Shown: piece by piece, positions 22,583-32,299 of the stretch
How the letters are laid out: each line of letters starts with the position of its first letter
Numbering within the stretch: position 1 is the stretch's first letter
Assembly: GCA_963836205.1 (NCBI GenBank)
Contig: CAWIIV010000020.1
Coordinates: 64,001-128,000 of the forward strand
From: an uncultured Acidimicrobiia bacterium
GTDB taxonomy: Bacteria > Actinomycetota > Acidimicrobiia > Acidimicrobiales > AC-14
Length of the DNA stretch: 64,000 bases
Reading direction: 5' to 3'
The notes under the pieces: model-generated
Database searches by the model: none
Told to the model about the DNA's origin: nothing
The model's input: the letters and a program-made list of their open reading frames with translations, nothing else
Program-made: the position numbers and the translations under genes

Positions 22583-23497
22583 TCAGGCCAGGTGTCGGCC
22601 GAACCAGTCGAGGACGGCCTGGTAGGCGGCGGCGGCCTGGGTGGCGTCGTAGCGCGGACCGGTGTCGTTGAAGAAGGCGTGGTTGACCCCGGGGAACGTG
22701 CGCAGCTCGTGGGTGAGGCCCGCCTTCTCCAGGGCGGCGCGCGCCGTCTCCAGGGTGGCGTTCACCCGGGTGTCGAGCTCGCCGTAGACGCCGAGCACGG
22801 CGGCGCTGGTGCCGGAGAAGTCGACGTCGGCCTCGACCGTCCCGTAGAAGGGGGCCGCCGCCGCCACCCGGGGCTCGCCACTGCCCAGGACCGCCCACGT
22901 GGTGGCGCCGCCGAAGCAGAAGCCGATAACGCCCAGCTTCGCTGCCGGCACCCGCTTGGCCAGCTCGTCGAGGGTGGCCTTGACGTCGGCGACGTGGCGG
23001 TCGCCACCGGCGGCGTTGAGGGCGGCCCCGGCGTCGGCCTCCCCCACCTTGGCGCTGCCGCCCTCCTCCGACAGCAGGTCGACGGCGATGGCCGAGTACC
23101 CGCTGGCGGCCAGCCGGGACGCGACCGTCCGGATGTGGGGTGTGAGGCCGCGGTTCTCGTGGATGACGACCACCGCCCCCTTGGCCGTCGTCGCCGCCGC
23201 CCACGCCCCCGTGAGCGGCGTGGCCCGCCCGCTCGGGTAGGTGATGGTCTCGGTCGTGTCGGCCGCGGCGGGGGCGGCGGTGGTCTGGGTCGGGCCCGCG
23301 GTCGACGACGAGGTGGAGTCCGATACGGCCGGGTCGTCGTCGTCACCGCCCCCGCAGGCGGCCAGCAGGGCCGAGGCCCCGAAGGCGGTGAAGCCCATCA
23401 TCCCCAGGCGACGGAGAGCCTCCCGCCTGGTCATCAGGCCGAGAGCACAGTCCTCGGCGACCTCTTCGGCCAGATACCTCTGGTGGTAGGTGTCCAT
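22583..23497 (-). CDS. Dienelactone hydrolase family protein (probable Tat lipoprotein)
   Basis: TRREAL, LAAC, VIHENRGL, GFCFGG, NHAFFNDT. Confidence 0.92.
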   Translation of the reverse strand: MDTYHQRYLAEEVAEDCALGLMTRREALRRLGMMGFTAFGASALLAACGGGDDDDPAVSDSTSSSTAGPTQTTAAPAAADTTETITYPSGRATPLTGAWAAATTAKGAVVVIHENRGLTPHIRTVASRLAASGYSAIAVDLLSEEGGSAKVGEADAGAALNAAGGDRHVADVKATLDELAKRVPAAKLGVIGFCFGGATTWAVLGSGEPRVAAAAPFYGTVEADVDFSGTSAAVLGVYGELDTRVNATLETARAALEKAGLTHELRTFPGVNHAFFNDTGPRYDATQAAAAYQAVLDWFGRHLA

Positions 23498-23600
23498 GAG
23501 GGAATGTTACGAATCTGAACGCAAACGGGATGGCTTTTGACTTGGAGTGGCGGGGCGACCACCCTGTGTGAGATCCGTCGCCGGTGGGGACCATACAGGC

Positions 23601-23879
23601 ATGAACGCTGACGCATCCAACCTGCTGTGGTTCATCCTGACCGCACTGTTCATCGGCCTCGTCGTGGGGGCGATCGCCCGGCTCCTGGTCCCCGGCCCGA
23701 CCCCCATGGGGCTGCTGGGGACGGCTGCCGCCGGCATCGTCGGAGCCATCGGTGCCGGCCTCGTCGGACGGCTCATCTGGGGGCCTCTCTACACCCCCGG
23801 CTGGATCGCCTCGATCCTCGGCGCGGTCGTGGTGGTCGCCCTGGTCAGCCGCCGGCGCCGGTACTACTACGACTACTGA
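23601..23879 (+). CDS. GlsB/YeaQ/YmgE family stress membrane protein
   Basis: IGLVVGAIARLLVPG..GIVGA..GWIASILGAVVV. Confidence 0.88.
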   Translation: MNADASNLLWFILTALFIGLVVGAIARLLVPGPTPMGLLGTAAAGIVGAIGAGLVGRLIWGPLYTPGWIASILGAVVVVALVSRRRRYYYDY

Positions 23880-23888
23880 CGGGGACTA

Positions 23889-24071
23889 TTAGGCCCCGTC
23901 CGGCTGGCGGATGATGAGGGCGGACGTGCCGCCGAAGTCGATGCTGGCCGTCGCCCGGGTGACCTCGTCGAGGGACGACTTGCCCCCGCCGCGGTCGCTC
24001 TCCATCAGGACGAGCGCCTCGTCGTCGAGGCCGGTCGACTTCAGTAGCTGCTTCAGCTGTCCGACGTTCAT
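23889..24071 (-). CDS. Small hypothetical protein
   Basis: ATG-initiated 60 aa ORF with protein-like composition (MNVGQLKQLLK..). Confidence 0.5.
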   Translation of the reverse strand: MNVGQLKQLLKSTGLDDEALVLMESDRGGGKSSLDEVTRATASIDFGGTSALIIRQPDGA

Positions 24072-24108
24072 GCCCGGAACCTAGCGCCGCCGACCCGACG
24101 CCCGCCCG

Positions 24109-26465
24109 TCAGCCAGCGGGCAGGCGATCCCAGTGGCGGTGCCAGCCCATCGCCTCCACCAGGCGGCCGGCGAAGTCGGCGTCGGCGGTGTCGCCCACGA
24201 CGACGCCCGGCGCGTCGGTGGCAACCCCGCTCGCTTCGAGCACGGCACGCCCGTCGCCCCAGGCGGCGATCACCTTGTGGTGGCGGAACGCCTCGCCCAG
24301 GTTGAGGGCGGTCCTGGGGTCGGTGCCGACCGCGTCGGCCGAGCCTGCGGCCACCACCAGGGCGTCGTACTCCACCGACTGGGTGGTCATCACGGTGCGG
24401 TCGACCGGCACCGGCCCGTCCGCACCCGCCACCGCTCCGCCCTCTCGGGGCGATGACGTAGAGGGCGGCACCCTCGGCGACCAAGGCGTCACGCAGCGCG
24501 TCCACCCCGCCGTCCGTCGACGCCGTCGGCGGCGAGCACGCCCACCACCCGGCCCAGGATCGGCCCCGGCTCGGCCGGCACCTGGGAGAGGGCAGGGGAC
24601 GAGCCGGCGTCGGCGGCCGGTGCGCCCGAGGGCACGTCGAGGCCGAGGTTGGCGGCCACCCGTTCGCACAGCTCGGCGGCAACGTTGGCCAGGTTGCCCA
24701 CCATCCGCTCCCGGACCTCGGGGTGGACGCACTTGCCCAGCTCGAAGGAGAAGGCGCCCACGATGTGGTCGCGCTCGGGCGGGGTCATGCTGTTCCAGAA
24801 CATCGTGGCCTGGGTGAAGTGGTCGTCGAACGACTGCGCCCGCTCTCGGACCACGGTGCCTTCCACCGGCCGGGGGACGTGCACCATCCCCGCCGCGCCG
24901 GCGTGGAACGGGCACCCGCCACCGAGCGAGTTGGGGAAGTACGGGGCCACGCCCTCGTGGATGGCGTGCTGGCCGAAGCCGTCGCGCTGGTTCGAGTTCA
25001 CCGGCGAGCGGGGCCGGTTGATCGGGAGCTGGTCGAAGTTGGGACCGCCCAGCCGGGTCAGCTGGGTGTCGAGGTAGGAGAAGTTGCGGGCCTGGAGCAG
25101 GGGGTCGTCGGTGAAGTCGATGCCCCTCGGGACATGGGCGGTGCAGAAGGCGATCTGCTCGGTCTCGGCGAAGAAGTTGGTCGGGTTGCGGTCGAGGGTG
25201 AGGCGTCCGATGATCCGCACCGGGGCCAGCTCCTCGGGGACGAGCTTGGTCGGGTCGAGGAGGTCGATGCCCTCGAAGCTCTGGTCGTCGTTGTCGGGGA
25301 ACAGCTGCACCCCGAAGTCGTACTCCGGGCCCGCCCCGCTCTCGATGGCGTCCCACAGGTCGCGGCGGTGGAAGTCGGGATCGATGCCGCCCAGCTTCTG
25401 GGACTCCTCCCACACGAGCGAGTGGATGCCGGCCACCGGCTTCCAGTGGAACTTCACCAGGGTGGTGGCCCCGTCCTCGGCGACAAGCCGGAAGGTGTGG
25501 ACACCGAAGCCCTCCATCGTCCGGTACGACCGGGGTATGGCACGGTCGGACATGACCCACATGAGCATGTGGGTGGACTCCGGCTGGAGGGACACGAAGT
25601 CCCAGAAGGTGTCGTGGGCGCTCTGGGCCTGGGGGATCTCCCGGTCGGGCTCGGGCTTCACCGCGTGGATGATGTCGGGGAACTTGATCCCGTCCTGGAT
25701 GAAGAAGACGGGGATGTTGTTGCCCACCAGGTCCCAGTTCCCCTCGGGTGTGTAGAACTTGGTGGCGAATCCCCGCACGTCACGAGCGGTGTCGGCCGAC
25801 CCCCTCGAACCGGCGACGGTCGAGAACCTGACGAAGACGGGAGTCTCGACGCGGGTGTCGGTGAGGACCCGGGCCGAGGTGAACCCGGCCAGGGATTCGG
25901 TCAGCCGGAAGGTGCCGTGGGCGCCGGTGCCGCGGGCGTGCACCACCCGCTCGGGGATGCGCTCGTGGTCGAAGTGCATGATCTTCTCCCGCAGGTGGTG
26001 GTCCTGCAGGAGGGCGGGGCCGCGGGGGCCGACCCGGAGGGTGTTGTCGGTGTTGTCGACGACGGTGCCGGTGCTGGTCGTGAGGACATCGCCTCGCTGG
26101 GCCCACGTCGGGGTGAGGGCCTCGTCGCGGGCGGGGTTTCCGACCTTGTGGGCGACGCCCACGTCGGCCTTCGAACGCGGCTTCTCGGGGCTGGGCGCCT
26201 TGGCCACGGCCTTCGGGGACGTCGGCGCCTTGGCCGGCGCATTGGTGGCCCGTTTCGCGGCTGCCGCCTTGGAGACGCGCTCCGTCGTTGGCGCGATCTT
26301 CTCGGCCGGCGTGCTCGTCGCCCGAGAGCGCGAGGTCGACGCGGCGGCGGACTTCGCGGCCGCAGCCGAAGTCGCCTTGGAGACCTTCTCGGTGGTCTTG
26401 GCCACCTTCTCGGCGGCCTTCTTGGTCGTCTTGGCCACCTTGCCCGCGGCCTTCTTCGTCGCCAT
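24109..26465 (-). CDS. katE: Large-subunit catalase HPII with C-terminal DJ-1-like domain (frameshifts near 24500 and 24450)
   Basis: [41 protein letters not shown]; C-terminal [18 protein letters not shown]. Confidence 0.93.
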
Positions 26466-26508
26466 GTTGCCTTCCTTCGATCGCCTCGAACCGGACCGGG
26501 CGGGGTCC

Positions 26509-26533
26509 TACCCCGTCCCCCGTTTGCGGAACC
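26509..26533 (-). promoter_or_regulatory. Putative SigF/SigB-type stress promoter for katE
   Basis: Minus strand GGTT-N15-GGGGTA about 45 nt upstream of the ATG. Confidence 0.5.
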
Positions 26534-26546
26534 GGGGGACGGCGAA

Positions 26547-27062
26547 TCAGGCGTCGTCGAGGTGGCGGCGCATGCACACCCGGGTCGACGGGTCGAGGCC
26601 ATGGTCGGCCTCCCGTTGCCGGACGGCCCGCAGCCCGGGACCGATCTCCTCGTCGGCCATCACCCGGAAGCCGAGGCGCTCGAACCGGGGCCGGTTCCAG
26701 GGCACGTCGGCGAAGGTGGTGAGCGTGAGGGCGACGCGGCCCGTGGTGGTGGCCCAGGCCGCGACCTGATCGAGCAGCGCTCGCCCCACACCCGTCCCCT
26801 GGTGGTCGGGACGAACGGTGACCTGTTCGACGTGGGCGCAGCCGTCGACCGGGTCGACGAGGACGTAGCCGATCGGCGCCCCGACCGGATCGGTGGCCAC
26901 CCAGGCCCGGCCGGCGCCGACGTAGGCGGCAAGGACGTCGAGCGGGAAGGGCTCGTCGTCGGCAACGTGGTCGAGCCCGACCTCACGGAAGCGTTCGCCG
27001 GCGCTCCGTTCGATGTCCTGAAGGGCGTCGCCGTCGGCGGCCGTCGCCGGCCGGATCGTCAC
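26547..27062 (-). CDS. GNAT acetyltransferase
   Basis: IRPAT..AHVEQVTVRPDHQGTGVGRALL..LTTFADVPWN. Confidence 0.9.
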   Translation of the reverse strand: MTIRPATAADGDALQDIERSAGERFREVGLDHVADDEPFPLDVLAAYVGAGRAWVATDPVGAPIGYVLVDPVDGCAHVEQVTVRPDHQGTGVGRALLDQVAAWATTTGRVALTLTTFADVPWNRPRFERLGFRVMADEEIGPGLRAVRQREADHGLDPSTRVCMRRHLDDA

Positions 27063-27481
27063 CCGCTCTCGCACCGCTCCTTCAGGCCTTTCGCCTCCAT
27101 GGCCACGTACCGCCGGGTAAGGGCGGCCGAGACCGCCGAGACGACGCCGGCCAGCGGCCCCGACCGCCGGATCCCGAGGTGGACCTCGACCGTCGAGGGC
27201 CCGAGGGCCGCGAGCCGATGCTCGGCCACCGTCGTCACGCCGGGCGCGGTGGCCGTCCACGTGAACGATCGTCCCGGTTCGAGCTCGGACACCTCCCACG
27301 TCACGGCCGGCACCCGCGGCTGCTTGATTCGCACCTTGCTGCCCACCGCCAGCGGACCCTTGTCCTCCGACACGACCTTTTGCATGGAAGCGGTCCACTC
27401 CGGCCACCGCTCCACATCGGTCAGCACCGCCCACACCCTCTCGGGGGCGGCGTCGATCATGATCGACGTCTCGTAAGCCAT
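27059..27481 (-). CDS. SRPBCC family protein
   Basis: IDAAPERVWAVLTDVERWPEW..EAKGLKERCES. Confidence 0.9.
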   Translation of the reverse strand: MAYETSIMIDAAPERVWAVLTDVERWPEWTASMQKVVSEDKGPLAVGSKVRIKQPRVPAVTWEVSELEPGRSFTWTATAPGVTTVAEHRLAALGPSTVEVHLGIRRSGPLAGVVSAVSAALTRRYVAMEAKGLKERCESG

Positions 27482-27647
27482 CCCCCCAGTATGGGCACCG
27501 GCTGGGCCGACTGCGACGGAAACCGAGGCGCGGACCCACGCCCGCCGGGCTCGGCGACGACCCTTCGAGTCGGGGTGTCCGCCAACACCGCGGGTGGTGA
27601 TCCGCGGCCGACCCCACGAACGTCGAGCGCTCCGTGCATCCTCGTCA

Positions 27648-28813
27648 TCACGGCGGCGGCGGTGGCGGCGGCGGCGGTGGTCGTGACTGGTGCCGGAGGC
27701 GGTTGTGGAAGGCGCAGGCGAGGCGGCCGTTGTCGTCGACGGTGAGCCCGCCCATGGCCCAGGGCTGGACGTGGTCGACCTGGCATTCGTCGGTGGGGGC
27801 CTCGCAGGTCTCGTGGAAGCACTCCCGGTCCCGGACCTGCACCGCCCGGCGGGTGGCCCCGGCGAAGATGCGCCGGCGCACGCCCACGTTGGTGACCCGG
27901 TCCGCTCCCTCGAAGACGACCCGCTCCACCCACGCCTGGTCGAGCCAGGAAACGAGCGACCCCGGCGTGACCACGGTGCCGTCGGCCAGCTCGCAGATGC
28001 GTCCGGCGAAGGTCTCGTAGCCGACCAGGACGCTGAACAGCGGCTCGGGCATGCGTGCTCCCGCCGGCATGGCCAGGGCCCGCCGAGCCAGCTCGACGAG
28101 GGCGTCGGCCCGGCGCTGGGCCGGCCGGCGGCCCAGGTCGGCTGCGCACACCGCATCTCCCACCCGGTCCTTGGCCTCGGCCCAGTCGGCGGCGAAGAGT
28201 TCCTCCTCCACCGCCTTGAGGGCATCGGCCACGATCGATCCCGAGATGGGGTCGAGCAGCCCGTCGAGGACCCACGTCCCCTCGAAGCCGGCCGACAGGT
28301 GCAGGCGCCGGGCATCACGTTGGGCGGCGGCCTTGTCCTCGGCCCCGTCGGGATCGGCGTGCTGGGCCCAGTAGGCCAGGGCCCGGCTGAAGTGGCGGTG
28401 ACTGAGCTCCTTGGCCTGGGAGACCAACATCTCCTCGTCCCGGGCAAAACAGTCGGCTGTGGCCTCGGTGCGAGCCGCCGCCAACGCCGAGACCTGGGCC
28501 TGGCCGACGTCGCCCGCCAGCCATGCCTGCTCAACCAGCGCCATGTGTCGTAGCCCACGACCGAGATGCACCCGCTCCGGGCGGTGCCCACCGGCAGGGC
28601 GCAGCGGGCCGCCATCCACGTGGCCGCCGAACGGGCACCGTCGTCGGCCCACGAACCTGCCGAGTCGAAGGCGGCCGAGGCCCGGGTGAGCACCGCCGTC
28701 AGCCGTTGCCGCTGGCGGTCGAGGGCCACGATGCTCTCGCCGTCGGCCAGCGTCGAGGGATCGGCCGCGCACAGCGCGTCGACCGCCGCCACCAGCCCAG
28801 TCACCACGTCCAT
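27648..28813 (-). CDS. DUF222/HNH endonuclease (13E12-repeat-like), frameshift near 28575
   Basis: QRRADALVELA, RRAVQVRDRECFHETC..CQVDHVQPWAMGG.T..DNGRLACAFHN. Confidence 0.88.
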
Positions 28814-28867
28814 CGCCGGACTCCCCGGTCGAGCACCTGACCAAGGGGGAAGTACCCCCACTCTACA

Positions 28868-28881
28868 CGAACATGTGTTCG
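28868..28881. promoter_or_regulatory. LexA (SOS) box
   Basis: CGAAC-ATGT-GTTCG; TAAAAT -10 at 28902-28907 just before ATG 28916. Confidence 0.85.
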
Positions 28882-28915
28882 TAGAGCAAGTCATTCTTGT
28901 GTAAAATGCAAACCC

Positions 28916-29941
28916 ATGGTCCGCTGGCGACTGGAGAGCGAAGACGACGGGCAGGCCGCGCTCTTCGAGGAGGAGGTGGAGCGCCACGTCGGCAGGGGCG
29001 AGTTCCGGGGCCTCGAGTTCCTCCACGTCAACGCCCGCCGGATCATCAACGAGGTGCCGGCCGCGTCCCACCTGCCCTTCCGGTTCACCATCAACGCTTA
29101 CCGAGGCTGCTCGCACGCCTGCGTCTACTGCTTCGCCCGGCCCACCCACGGGTACCTCGACCTGGGGATCGGCGAGGACTTCGAGCGCAAGATCGTGGTC
29201 AAGGTCAACGCCGTCGAGCGGCTGCGGGCCGAGTTGGCGCCGGGGCGGTGGGCGGGCGACCACATCGCCATGGGCACCAACACCGACCCTTACCAGCGGT
29301 GCGAGGGCAAGTACCACCTCACCCGGGGGATCGTCGAGGTACTGGCCGAGGCGGGCAACCCGTTCTCCATCCTCACCAAGTCCACGCTCATCCTGCGAGA
29401 CCTCGAGCTGCTGGCCGAGGCGGCCACGCGCACCGACGTCCGGGCCAACTTCTCCATCGGCACCCTCGACGAGGAGGTGTGGAAGCTCACCGAGCCGGGC
29501 ACGCCCCATCCCCTGCGGCGGATCGAGGCGGTGGCCAAGCTGAACGCGGCCGGGGTGCCGTGCGGGGTGCTGGTGGCGCCGGTGCTGCCCGGCCTGTCCG
29601 ACTCCCCCGAGCAGTTGGAGGCGGTGGTCAAGGCGTGCGTCGAGGCCGGCGCCCGGCCCATCGCCTCGATCCTGCTCCACCTGCGGCCGGGCGTCCGGGA
29701 GCACTACCTGGGCTGGCTGGCAGGCGCCCGCCCCGATCTCGTCCCTGCCTACGACGAGCTCTACCCGCGCTCGTATGCGCCGAAGTCGGCCCAAGACCGG
29801 GTGGCCCGGATGGTGTCGGAACTGGTCGAGCGCCACGGCGGCCGCCCCGCCCGGCCGAGCGGCACCCGCTCGCCGTCGTCCAAGCCCCGGGTTCGGGCGC
29901 CCCGCCCTGCGCCCGAGAAGCAGATGGAGCTGCGGCTGTAG
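28916..29941 (+). CDS. Rv2578c/SplB-like radical SAM DNA-repair protein
   Basis: INAYRGCSHACVYCFARPTH (CxxxCxxC), GTNTDPYQ, ILTKS. Confidence 0.92.
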   Translation: MVRWRLESEDDGQAALFEEEVERHVGRGEFRGLEFLHVNARRIINEVPAASHLPFRFTINAYRGCSHACVYCFARPTHGYLDLGIGEDFERKIVVKVNAVERLRAELAPGRWAGDHIAMGTNTDPYQRCEGKYHLTRGIVEVLAEAGNPFSILTKSTLILRDLELLAEAATRTDVRANFSIGTLDEEVWKLTEPGTPHPLRRIEAVAKLNAAGVPCGVLVAPVLPGLSDSPEQLEAVVKACVEAGARPIASILLHLRPGVREHYLGWLAGARPDLVPAYDELYPRSYAPKSAQDRVARMVSELVERHGGRPARPSGTRSPSSKPRVRAPRPAPEKQMELRL

Positions 29942-29950
29942 CCCTCGACC

Positions 29951-30586
29951 TCAGTCCGGCGGGGCGCTGGTCTGGTCGTCCTCCTGCTCGGACTGGGCGT
30001 CGCTGCTCTTCACGAAGGTGTGCTCGGAATCCCCCAACGCCTCCTCGGCCGCGGCCCGCGCCTTTTTGATGTGCTGGTCAAGCTCCTCCAACAGGCGGGG
30101 ATCGGGTCCGGAACCGGCCTTGGAGTCGTCGTCGGCCTCCGTGACTGGGTCGTCGGCCGCCTGAGCGGACTCGGCTGTGTCGGCGTCGGACGTGTCGGTG
30201 TCCGTCGGGTCGGTGCCCGTCGGGTCGGAGTCGTCGGAGTCGGAGTCGGAGTCCGAGTCGGAGTCGGAGTCGGAGTCGGTGGCGGCGTCCGCGTCGGCGT
30301 CCGTCGTGTCGGTGTCGGCGTCCTCACCGTCGGTGTCGTCGGAGTCGACCGAGTCGGTGGGGTCATCAGCGTCGGTGTCGCCGGAGTCCGAGTCGTCGGA
30401 GTCGACCGAGTCGTTGGCGTCGTCGGAGTCGGTGTCGGTCGTGTCGGAGGGGACGTCCGAGTCGCCGTCGGTCTCAGCCGGGCCCGGGTCCTCGTCGGCG
30501 GCCTCGGAGGTGTCGGTGGCGGCCTCGGCGGTGTCGGGTGACTCGTCGTTCTCAGTCGCCCCGGACTTCTCGGTCGTGTCGGTCAT
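29951..30586 (-). CDS. Highly acidic Asp/Ser/Thr-rich disordered protein
   Basis: (DS)n and DT repeats; short helical C-terminal segment LLEELDQHIKKAR. Confidence 0.75.
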   Translation of the reverse strand: MTDTTEKSGATENDESPDTAEAATDTSEAADEDPGPAETDGDSDVPSDTTDTDSDDANDSVDSDDSDSGDTDADDPTDSVDSDDTDGEDADTDTTDADADAATDSDSDSDSDSDSDSDDSDPTGTDPTDTDTSDADTAESAQAADDPVTEADDDSKAGSGPDPRLLEELDQHIKKARAAAEEALGDSEHTFVKSSDAQSEQEDDQTSAPPD

Positions 30587-30596
30587 GGGCCGTCAC

Positions 30597-30620
30597 TACC
30601 CAACCGGCCCGGAGCCATCC
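30597..30620 (-). promoter_or_regulatory. Putative SigF/SigB-type promoter
   Basis: Minus strand GGAT-N15-GGGTA ending 10 nt before ATG 30586. Confidence 0.4.
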
Positions 30621-30664
30621 CGGCCGCCGTCGCGCCGGGCCCGGGATGGCGAAGCGACGGGTGG

Positions 30665-30877
30665 TTATCCCCCGAGGGGCAGGTCGTCGTCCCGACCGCC
30701 GTTCGTGTGCCGGGTCCGGGTGGATGCCAATCCCACCAGGCCGACCACGATGAGGAGCGCCGGCCACACCCAGCGGGCGGCGTCGCCCGCACCCTGGTCG
30801 AGCAGGCCGAGGAGGGCCACGCCGGCGAAGAAGACGCCCGCCATCAGCGAGAGAACGTCGAGGTCATGCCGCGGCAC
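30665..30877 (-). CDS. Small two-TM protein of the Psp locus
   Basis: RHDLDVLSLMAGVFF..WVWPALLIVVGL; overlaps upstream gene end. Confidence 0.8.
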   Translation of the reverse strand: MPRHDLDVLSLMAGVFFAGVALLGLLDQGAGDAARWVWPALLIVVGLVGLASTRTRHTNGGRDDDLPLGG

Positions 30878-32183
30878 GTCGCACCTCCAGTTGTCCGAGT
30901 CCGACCCGTGCGTCGAGGAGCAGCCGGCCGGCGCCTTCTTGTCCGGCGACCACGATCCGCTCGTCGACGCCGACGCCGGCCCAGTCCCGTCCGAACACGA
31001 CCATGTCGCCCGCCCCGACGTGGGCGTCGACCTCGACCGCCGCTCCGGCGGGCACGGTCACGATGATGTTGCCGGTGGCCATGCTGACCACGACCGGGAC
31101 GGTCCGGCCGGCCAGGTCGACCCGGCGTAGGTCGAGGCGCAACTCGCCCGCCACCAGGCGGTAGGGGGAATGGATCTCGGCCACCGAGGCGGGCGTGTAC
31201 AGCCGCTCCCCCGCCCCGCCCTTGAAGGGGACGTCGAGCAGCGACGCCACGAACAGGGCACCGGCCAGCACGATGGCGACCGGGATGAGCCCTCGCGCCC
31301 GGCCCCGCCAGGCGCCGACGACCATGGCCCCCGAGACCAGGAACAAGGCCAGGGCCAGGCCAACCACCAGGTCGGCCCCGGCCAGGGCGACCACCCCAGC
31401 GAGAATGGCCAGCAGGCTGAGCGTCACCGACACCAGCGCCGACCGCGGCTTGGGCGGTTTGGGTGGCTTGGGCGGCGCCGGCGCCCGACGGCTGTACACC
31501 GGCGGGGCCGGCGGCGGCGGCGGCAACGGCGCAGTGCTCACGGTGTCCGCCCACGCCGACGACCCCACCGGCGGCGGCGGCAACGGCGCAGTGCTCACGG
31601 TGTCCGCCCACGCCGACGACCCCGCCGGCGGCGGGGTCGTCAGGTCGGTCGTCGAGTCGGTCGTGGCGTCGGCCTCGCCCACCACGTGGGCCTGCGCCGT
31701 GGGTGCGGCGGACACCGTCGAGGCGGGCGGGGGCGTCGGGGGAATCGTCTGCCCCCCTCGGCGAGACCAGAGCACGGCCGCGCCCAGCCCGATGAGCACC
31801 AGGCCGAGGGGTATGTCGTCCCCGTGGCCGTCGGTGATGCGGTCGAGGAGGAGAAGCACGCCGACCCCGGCCAGGCCGGCAGCCAGGAGCTTGTGGCTGC
31901 GGTCCTTCCCCGGCAGCCATTGCGCCCCGAACGTCTTGCCCTGGTCGTCGGGCACGAGGGCCCAGCCGATCAGGTAGAGGAGGATCCCCGTCCCCCCGGC
32001 CAGCGACATCACCACGAAGGCGATGCGGAAGACGAGGGGGTCGATCCCGAACTGGCGGCCGAGGCCCCCGCAGAGGCCGGAGATGACGGTGTCGTCTGTG
32101 GCCCGGGTAAGGCCCCCCAGCGGGGGGCGGGACCCCGGCGGAGGCGGTCCTCCGGGGGGTCGGGTTTCGTGTGCCGTGTCCAT
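30864..32183 (-). CDS. PspC-domain membrane protein with C-terminal LiaF/DUF2154-like domain
   Basis: RATDDTVISGLCGGLGRQFGIDPLVFRI..YLIGWALVP; YRLVAGELRLDL. Confidence 0.88.
   Translation of the reverse strand: MDTAHETRPPGGPPPPGSRPPLGGLTRATDDTVISGLCGGLGRQFGIDPLVFRIAFVVMSLAGGTGILLYLIGWALVPDDQGKTFGAQWLPGKDRSHKLLAAGLAGVGVLLLLDRITDGHGDDIPLGLVLIGLGAAVLWSRRGGQTIPPTPPPASTVSAAPTAQAHVVGEADATTDSTTDLTTPPPAGSSAWADTVSTAPLPPPPVGSSAWADTVSTAPLPPPPPAPPVYSRRAPAPPKPPKPPKPRSALVSVTLSLLAILAGVVALAGADLVVGLALALFLVSGAMVVGAWRGRARGLIPVAIVLAGALFVASLLDVPFKGGAGERLYTPASVAEIHSPYRLVAGELRLDLRRVDLAGRTVPVVVSMATGNIIVTVPAGAAVEVDAHVGAGDMVVFGRDWAGVGVDERIVVAGQEGAGRLLLDARVGLGQLEVRRAAA
31508..31623. repeat. 57 bp in-frame tandem duplication
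   Basis: GSSAWADTVSTAPLPPPP encoded twice. Confidence 0.9.
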
Positions 32184-32299
32184 GGAGGCCAGCATGCGCC
32201 TGCCCGGAGCGGACGACCATCCGTGACGTCCCGGACCCGACCCGGACCCGTACCCGACCCCTCCTCCGGACGATGCCCGTAGCCGTCCCCGAAGGCCCC

